Shown here: one piece after another, positions 55,401 to 64,000 of the stretch | Layout: the number at the start of each line of letters is the position of its first letter | How positions within the stretch are numbered: the first letter of the stretch is position 1 | NCBI GenBank assembly: GCA_040954595.2 | Contig: CM082588.2 | Span: 2,578,144 to 2,642,143 of the forward strand | Origin: Balanoglossus misakiensis | Lineage: Eukaryota; Animalia; Hemichordata | Reading direction: 5' to 3' | Length of the DNA stretch: 64,000 bases | The notes under the pieces: model-generated | Told to the model about the DNA's origin: nothing | The model's database searches: none | The model's input: the letters and a program-made list of their open reading frames with translations, nothing else | Made by a program: the position numbers and the translations under genes

Positions 55401-58400
55401 AAAAACCACCAAATTTTGAAATTTCGCGAAGTCGAAAAATTGACATTTCTGGATGATTTTCATGAGCTATAACCCATGGTTTTTGTCAGAAAACCACCAA
55501 ATTTTGAAATTTCGAGAAGTCGAAAAATTGACATTTCTGGATGATTTTCATGAGCTATAACCCATGGTTTTTGTCAGAAAACCACCAAATTTTGAAATTT
55601 CGCGAAGTCGAAAAATTGACATTTCTGGATGATTTTCATGAGCTATAACCCATGGTTTTTGTCAGAAAACCACCAAATTTTGAAATTTCGCGAAGTCGAA
55701 AAATTGACATTTCTGGATGATTTTCATGAGCTATAACCCATGGTTTTTGTCAGAAAAACACCAAATTTTGAAATTTCGCGAAGTCGAAAAATTGACATTT
55801 CTGGATGATTTTCATGAGCTATAACCCATGGTTTTTGTCAGAAAACCACCAAATTTTGAAATTTCGCGAAGTCGAAAAATTGACATTTCTGGATGATTTT
55901 CATGAGCTATAACCCATGGTTTTTGTCAGAAAACCACCAAATTTTGAAATTTCGCGAAGTCGAAAAATTGACATTTCTGGATGATTTTCATGAGCTATAA
56001 CCCATGGTTTTTGTCAAGAAACCACCAAATTTTGAAATTTCGCGAAGTCGAAAAATTGACATTTCTGGATGATTTTCATGAGCTATAACCCATGGTTTTT
56101 GTCAGAAAACCACCAAATTTTGAAATTTCGCGAAGTCGAAAAATTGACATTTCTGGATGATTTTCATGAGCTATAACCCATGGTTTTTGTCAGAAAACCA
56201 CCAAATTTTGAAATTTCGCGAAGTCGAAAAATTGACATTTCTGGATGATTTTCATGAGCTATAACCCATGGTTTTTGTCAAAAAACCACCAAATTTTGAA
56301 ATTTCGCGAAGTCGAAAAATTGACATTTCTGGATGATTTTCATGAGCTATAACCCATGGTTTTTGTCAGAAAACCACCAAATTTTGAAATTTCGCGAAGT
56401 CGAAAAATTGACATTTCTGGATGATTTTCATGAGCTATAACCCATGATTTTTGTCAGAAAACCACCAAATTTTGAAATTTCGCGAAGTCGAAAAATTGAC
56501 ATTTCTGGATGATTTTCATGAGCTATAACCCATGGTTTTTGTCAAAAAACCACCAAATTTTGAAATTTCGCGAAGTCGAAAAATTGACATTTCTGGATGA
56601 TTTTCATGAGCTATAACCCATGGTTTTTGTCAAAAAACCACCAAATTTTGAAATTTCGCGAAGTCGAAAAATTGACATTTCTGGATGATTTTGGTGGTTT
56701 TTTGACAAAAACCATGGGTTATAGCTCATGAAAATCATCCAGAAATGTCAATTTTTCGACTTCGCGAAATTTCAAAATTTGGTGGTTTTCTGACAAAAAC
56801 CATGGGTTATAGCTCATGAAAATCATCCAGAAATGTCAATTTTTCGACTTCGCGAAATTTCAAAATTTGGTTGTTTTCTGACAAAAACCATGGGTTATAG
56901 CTCATGAAAATCATCCAGAAATGTCAATTTTTCGACTTCGCGAAATTTCAAAATTTGGTGGTTTTCTGACAAAAACCATGGGTTATAGCTCATGAAAATC
57001 ATCCAGAAATGTCAATTTTTCGACTTCGCGAAATTTCAAAATTTGGTGGTTTTCTGACAAAAACCATGGGTTATAGCTCATGAAAATCATCCAGAAATGT
57101 CAATTTTTCGACTTCGCGAAATTTCAAAATTTGGTGGTTTTTTGACAAAAACCATGGGTTATAGCTCATGAAAATCATCCAGAAATGTCAATTTTTCGAC
57201 TTCGCGAAATTTCAAAATTTGGTGGTTTTCTGACAAAAACCATGGGTTATAGCTCATGAAAATCATCCAGAAATGTCAATTTTTCGACTTCGCGAAATTT
57301 CAAAATTTGGTGGTTTTCTGACAAAAACCATGGGTTATAGCTCATGAAAATCATCCAGAAATGTCAATTTTTCGACTTCGCGAAATTTCAAAATTTGGTG
57401 GTTTTTTGACAAAAACCATGGGTTATAGCTCATGAAAATCATCCAGAAATGTCAATTTTTCGACTTCGCGAAATTTCAAAATTTGGTGGTTTTCTGACAA
57501 AAACCATGGGTTATAGCTCATGAAAATCATCCAGAAATGTCAATTTTTCGACTTCGCGAAATTTCAAAATTTGGTGGTTTTCTGACAAAAACCATGGGTT
57601 ATAGCTCATGAAAATCATCCAGAAATGTCAATTTTTCGACTTCGCGAAATTTCAAAATTTGGTGTTTTTCTGACAAAAACCATGGGTTATAGCTCATGAA
57701 AATCATCCAGAAATGTCAATTTTTCGACTTCGCGAAATTTCAAAATTTGGTGGTTTTCTGACAAAAACCATGGGTTATAGCTCATGAAAATCATCCAGAA
57801 ATGTCAATTTTTCGACTTCGCGAAATTTCAAAATTTGGTGGTTTTTTGACAAAAACCATGGGTTATAGTTCATGAAAATAATCCAGATATGTCAATTTTT
57901 CGACTTTTCAAAATTTGGTGGTTTTCTGACAAAAACCATGGGTTATAGCTCATGAAAATCATCCAGAAATGTCAATTTTTCGACTTCGCGAAATTTCAAA
58001 ATTTGGTGGTTTTCTGACAAAAACCATAGGTTATAGCTCATGAAAATCATCCAGAAATGTCAATTTTTCGACTTCGCGAAATTTCAAAATTTGGTGGTTT
58101 TTTGACAAAAACCATGGGTTATAGCCCATGAAAATCATCCAGAAATGTCAATTTTTCGACTTCGCGAAATTTCAAAATTTGGTGGTTTTCTGACAAAAAC
58201 CATGGGTTATAGCTCATGAAAATCATCCAGAAATGTCAATTTTTCGACTTCGCGAAATTTCAAAATTTGGTGGTTTTCTGACAAAAACCATGGGTTATAG
58301 CTCATGAAAATCATCCAGAAATGTCAATTTTTCGACTTCGCGAAATTTCAAAATTTGGTGGTTTTCTGACAAAAACCATGGGTTATAGCTCATGAAAATC

Positions 58401-61400
58401 ATCCAGAAATGTCAATTTTTCGACTTCGCGAAATTTCAAAATTTGGTGGTTTTTTGACAAAAACCATGGGTTATAGCTCATGAAAATCATCCAGAAATGT
58501 CAATTTTTCGACTTCGCGAAATTTCAAAATTTGGTGGTTTTCTGACAAAAACCATGGGTTATAGCTCATGAAAATCATCCAGAAATGTCAATTTTTCGAC
58601 TTCGCGAAATTTCAAAATTTGGTGGTTTTCTGACAAAAACCATGGGTTATAGCTCATGAAAATCATCCAGAAATGTCAATTTTTCGACTTCGCGAAATTT
58701 CAAAATTTGGTGGTTTTCTGACAAAAACCATGGGTTATAGCTCATGAAAATCATCCAGAAATGTCAATTTTTCGACTTCGCGAAATTTCAAAATTTGGTG
58801 GTTTTCTGACAAAAACCATGGGTTATAGCTCATGAAAATCATCCAGAAATGTCAATTTTTCGACTTCGCGAAATTTCAAAATTTGGTGGTTTTCTGACAA
58901 AAACCATGGGTTATAGCTCATGAAAATCATCCAAAAATGAGAATTTTTCGACTTTGCGGAATTTCAAAATTTGGCCGATTTTTGATAAAAACCATGGGTT
59001 ATAGCTCATGAAAATCATCCAGAAATGTCAATTTTTCGACTTCGCGAAATTTCAACATTTGGTGGTTTTTTTATAAAAACCATGGGTTATAGCTCATGAG
59101 AATCATCCAAAAATGAGAATGTTTCGACTTCGCGGAATTTCAAAATTTGGTGGTTTTCTGACAAAAACCATGGGTTATAGCTCATGAAAATCATCGAGAA
59201 ATGACAATTTTTCGACTTCGCGAAATTTCAAAATTTGGTGGTTTTCTTACAAAAACCATGGGTTATAGCTCATGAAAATCGTCCAGAAATGTCAATTTTT
59301 CGACTTCGCGAAATTTCAAAATTTGGTGGTTTTTTTATAAAAACCATGGGTTATAGCTCATGAGAATCATCCAAAAATGTCAATTTTTCGACTTCGCGGA
59401 ATTTCAAAATTTGGTGGTTTTCTGACAAAAACCATGGGTTATAGCTCATGAAAATCATCGAGAAATGACAATTTTTCGACTTCGCGAAATTTCAAAATTT
59501 GGTGGTTTTCTTACAAAAACCATGGGTTATAGCTCATGAAAATCGTCCAGAAATGTCAATTTTTCGACTTCGCGAAATTTCAAAATTTGGTGGTTTTCTG
59601 ACAAAAACCATGGGTTATAGCTCATGAAAATCATCCAGAAATGTCAATTTTTCGACTTCGCGAAATTTCAAAATTTGGTGGTTTTCTGACAAAAACCATG
59701 GGTTATAGCTCATGAAAATCATCCAGAAATGTCAATTTTTCGACTTCGCGAAATTTCAAAATTTGGTGGTTTTTTGACAAAAACCATGGGTTATAGCTCA
59801 TGAAAATCATCCAGTAATGTCAATTTTTCGACTTCGCGAAATTTCAAAATTTGGTGGTTTTCTGACAAAAACCATGGGTTATAGCTCATGAAAATCATCC
59901 AGAAATGTCAATTTTTCGACTTCGCGAAATTTCAAAATTTGGCCGATTTTTGAAAAAATCATGGGTTATAGCTCATGAAAATCATCCAAAAATGAGAATT
60001 TTTCGACTTCGCGGAATTTCAAAATTTGGCCGATTTTTGAAAAAATCATGGGTTATAGCTCATGAAAATCATCCAGAAATGTCAATTTTTCGACTTCGCG
60101 AAATTTCAAAATTTGGTGGTTTTTTGACAAAAACCATGGGTTATAGCTCATGAAAATCATCCAGAAATGTCAATTTTTCGACTTCGCGAAATTTCAAAAT
60201 TTGGTGGTTTTCTGACAAAAACCATGGGTTATAGCTCAAGAAAATCATCCAGAAATGTCAATTTTTCGACTTCGCGAAATTTCAAAATATCGTGGTTTTT
60301 TGACAAAAACCATGGGTTATAGCTCATGAAAATCATCCAGAAATGTCAATTTTTCGACTTCGCGAAATTTCAAAATTTGGTGGTTTTCTGACAAAAACCA
60401 TGGGTTATAGCTCATGAAAATCATCCAGAAATGTCAATTTTTCGACTTCGCGAAATTTCAAAATTTGGTGGTTTTTTGACAAAAACCATGGGTTATAGCT
60501 CATGAAAATCATCCAGAAATGCCAATTTTTCGACTTCGCGAAATTTCAAAATTTGGTGGTTTTTTGACAAAAACCATGGGGTATAGCTCATGAAAATCAT
60601 CCAGAAATGTCAATTTTTCGACTTCGCGAAATTTCAAAATTTGGTGGTTTTTGGATAAAAACCATGGGTTATAGCTCATGAAAATCATCCAGAAATGTCA
60701 ATTTTTCGACTTCGCGAAATTTCAAAATTTGGTGGTTTTTGGATAAAAACCATGGGTTATAGCTCATGAAAATCATCCAGAAATGTCAATTTTTCGACTT
60801 CGCGAAATTTCAAAATTTGGTGGTTTTCTGACAAAAACCATGGGTTATAGCTCATGAAAATCATCCAGAAATGTCAATTTTTCGACTTCGCGAAATTTCA
60901 AAATTTGGCCGATTTTTGAAAAAATCATGGGTTATAGCTCATGAAAATCATCCAAAAATGAGAATTTTTCGACTTCGCGGAATTTCAAAATTTGGCCGAT
61001 TTTTGAAAAAATCATGGGTTATAGCTCATGAAAATCATCCAGAAATGTCAATTTTTCGACTTCGCGAAATTTCAAAATTTGGTGGTTTTCTGACAAAAAC
61101 CATGGGTTATAGCTCATGAAAATCATCCAGAAATGTCAATTTTTCGACTTCGCGAAATTTCAAAATTTGGTGGTTTTTTGACAAAAACCATGGGTTATAG
61201 CTCATGAAAATCATCCAGAAATGTCAATTTTTCGACTTCGCGAAATTTCAAAATTTGGTGGTTTTCTGACAAAAACCATGGGTTATAGCTCATGAAAATC
61301 ATCCAGAAATGTCAATTTTTCGACTTCGCGAAATTTCAAAATTTGGTGGTTTACTGACAAAAACCATGGGTTATAGCTCATGAAAATCATCCAGAAATGT

Positions 61401-63483
61401 CAATTTTTCGACTTCGCGAAATTTCAAAATTTGGTGGTTTTCTGACAAAAACCATGGGTTATAGCTCAAGAAAATCATCCAGAAATGTCAATTTTTCGAC
61501 TTCGCGAAATTTCAAAATATCGTGGTTTTTTGACAAAAACTATGGGTTATAGCTCATGAAAATCATCCAGAAATGTCAATTTTTCGACTTCGCGAAATTT
61601 CAAAATTTGGTGGTTTTCTGACAAAAACCATGGGTTATAGCTCATGAAAATCATCCAGAAATGTCAATTTTTCGACTTCGCGAAATTTCAAAATTTGGTG
61701 GTTTTTTGACAAAAACCATGGGTTATAGCTCATGAAAATCATCCAGAAATGCCAATTTTTCGACTTCGCGAAATTTCAAAATTTGGTGGTTTTTTGACAA
61801 AAACCATGGGGTATAGCTCATGAAAATCATCCAGAAATGTCAATTTTTCGACTTCGCGAAATTTCAAAATTTGGTGGTTTTTGGATAAAAACCATGGGTT
61901 ATAGCTCATGAAAATCATCCAGAAATGTCAATTTTTCGACTTCGCGAAATTTCAAAATTTGGTGGTTTTCTGACAAAAACCATGGGTTATAGCTCATGAA
62001 AATCATCCAGAAATGTCAATTTTTCGACTTCGCGAAATTTCAAAATTTGGCCGATTTTTGAAAAAATCATGGGTTATAGCTCATGAAAATCATCCAAAAA
62101 TGAGAATTTTTCGACTTCGCGGAATTTCAAAATTTGGCCGATTTTTGAAAAAATAATGGGTTATAGCTCATGAAAATCATCCAGAAATGTCAATTTTTCG
62201 ACTTCGCGAAATTTCAAAATTTGGTGGTTTTCTGACAAAAACCATGCGTTATAGCTCATGAAAATCATCCAGAAATGCCAATTTTTCGACTTCGCGAAAT
62301 TTCAAAATTTGGTGGTTTTTTGACAAAAACCATGGGTTATAGCTCATGAAAATCATCCAGAAATGTCAATTTTTCGACTTCGCGAAATTTCAAAATTTGG
62401 TGGTTTTTTGACAAAAACCATGGGTTATAGCTCATGAAAATCATCCAGAAATGTCAATTTTTCGGCTTCGCGAAATTTCAAAATTTGGTGGTTTTTTGAC
62501 AAAAACCATGGGTTATAGCTCATGAAAATCATCCAGAAATGTCAATTTTTCGACTTCGCGAAATTTCAAAATTTGGTGGTTTTTCGACAAAAACCATGGG
62601 TTATAGCTCAGGAAAATCATCCAGAAATGTCAATTTTTCGACTTCGCGAAATTTCAAAATTTGGTGGTTTTTTGACAAAAATCATGGGTTATAGCTCATG
62701 AAAATCATCCAAAAATGAGAATTTTTCGACTTTGCGGAATTTCAAGATTTGGCCGATTTTTGAAAAAATCATGAGTTATAGCTCATGAAAATCATCCAAA
62801 AATGAGAATTTTTCGACTTTGCGGAATTTCAAAATTTGGTGGTTTTTTGACAAAAATCATGGGTTATAGCTCATGAAAATCATCCAAAAATGAGAATTTT
62901 TCGACTTTGCGGAATTTCAAGATTTGGCCGATTTTTGAAAAAATCATGAGTTATAGCTCATGAAAATCATCCAAAAATGAGAATTTTTCGACTTTGCGGA
63001 ATTTCAAAATTTGGCCGATTTTTGAAAAAATCATGGATTATAGCTCATGAAAATCATCCAAAAATGAGAATTTTTTGACTTTGCGGAATTTCAAAATTTG
63101 GCCGATTTTTGAAAAAATCATGGGTTATAGCTCATGAAAATCATCCAAAAATGAGAATTTTTCGACTTTGCGGAATTTCAAAATTTGGCCGAATTTTGAA
63201 AAAATCATGGGTTATAGCTCATGAAAATCATCCAAAAATGAGAATGGCAATTTTTCGAATTTGCGAATTTTCAAAATTTGGCCATTTTTTTTAAATTTCG
63301 TCGATTTTTGTAAAAAATCATGGGTTATAGCTCATGTAAATTATTAAAAAAGACAATTTTTCGACTTTGCGAATTTTCAAAATTTCTTTATTTTTTATAA
63401 AAAATCATGGGTTATAGCTCATGAAATCATCAAAAAATGACAATTGTTCGACTTCGCGAATTTTCAAAATTTCTTCATTTTTT
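40430..63483. repeat. Satellite DNA array, 87/88-bp monomer, roughly 260 copies, with an internal inversion
   Basis: Core 88-bp monomer ccatgggttatagctcatgaaaatcatccagaaatgtcaatttttcgacttcgcgaaatttcaaaatttggtggttttctgacaaaaa (period check: acccatgg at 41481 and 41569). An 87-bp variant (...aatgagaatttttcgactttgcggaatttcaaaatttggccgatttttgaaaaaat...) occurs at both ends. Orientation is + at 40430-41386, - at 41387-56692 and + at about 56690-63483. Confidence 0.99.
41387..56692 (-). repeat. Reverse-oriented block of the 88-bp satellite (about 15.3 kb)
   Basis: Left junction ...atccaaaaatgtcaat|gctataacccatgg...; right junction ...ctggatgatttt|ggtggttttttgac... Confidence 0.97.
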
Positions 63484-63599
63484 CAGCAAGAGCGTGGTGG
63501 TGAGGGTCAAAAATTGTCCCGTGAGCTGTAACAGGAAACCAAAAGTTTCTTGACAAAGGACATCTGGAATGTGTTGAAGTGCTTTCGGTTTAATTTCAC

Positions 63600-63936
63600 T
63601 GTCGTCGCCATAATAGGAATTAACGGGTAACGGTCGGAGGGAACTTCCTTGTCAATCCAGCGTGGATGGTCCTTCAAGTATGAAGCGTTAAAAGTGGTTG
63701 CCAGACTCCTTCGCCTGCAGGGAAATAAACATCGCGTAAATTAGTTTTATTTAGATTTAAATTGTCGTTGAAATGCAAAAAAAAAAAAGCACAAAACTTA
63801 CAATAGACCTATACTAGGCCTATACTAAGCCCAATACGAAATAAGCTTACGTCATTGCAGCTGAAAATCTGCTTCCGCAAAATTTAACCGTCGCATCGTC
63901 GTAGCATACATGTACATATAGACACAGCACGGTAAC
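63600..63936 (-). CDS. Candidate exons (63851-63936 and 63600-63714) of an unidentified gene
   Basis: Donor |gtaagc at 63850 and strong acceptor gtttatttccctgcag| at 63715. Open reading ...FSAAMT|RRSLATTFNASYLKDHPRWIDKEVPSDRYPLIPIMATT, ending at a weak donor |gtgaaa (63599). Confidence 0.3.
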
Positions 63937-64000
63937 CTGACAGGTTCAAGCATGGTCCAGCACTCCGCGACCTCTGACCAAGGATCTCACGCGACTGAAT

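Noticed and set aside
40430-63483. CRISPR-like or guide-RNA array
   Set aside because: Monomers are contiguous and near-identical along their full length, with no unique spacers, and there is no cas-like or nuclease gene nearby. The context is eukaryotic.
40260-63600. Array as the internal part of a foldback, MITE or Helitron element
   Set aside because: I saw no terminal inverted repeats, target-site duplication or Helitron-type ends in the flanks; both outer arms have the same orientation.

Overview
Eukaryotic, intron-rich, AT-rich DNA that looks like a marine invertebrate deuterostome (inference). The ORF track is largely uninformative because the genes are split into small exons, so I rebuilt them by hand from GT-AG sites. 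(1) Two paralogous relaxin-family/type-C LGR receptors (signal peptide - LDLa - linker - LRRNT - LRRs - 7TM) lie tail-to-tail: + 8105-16433 with 14 LRR exons and - 19344-28418 with 13 LRR exons. (2) A secreted minus-strand protein of about 1063 aa (30907-38621): signal peptide, W-R8-C, TSP1, EGF, then 23 calcium-binding EGF modules, one per exon. (3) A complete satellite array of about 23 kb (about 40430-63483) built from 87/88-bp monomers. It has symmetric divergent edges, nested higher-order periods (7, 14, 15 and 60 monomers) and an internal orientation flip of about 15.3 kb, and it may fill one intron of an unidentified minus-strand gene. Minor items: a possible decayed Toll-like receptor pseudogene (about 1.8-4.5 kb), a candidate 7-nt micro-exon that switches the C-terminal frame of receptor 1, a local duplication of about 400 bp, microsatellites and enrichment of TACATGTA. 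I saw no RNA genes, CRISPR arrays or intact transposons. All gene models come from manual reading and lack transcript support.
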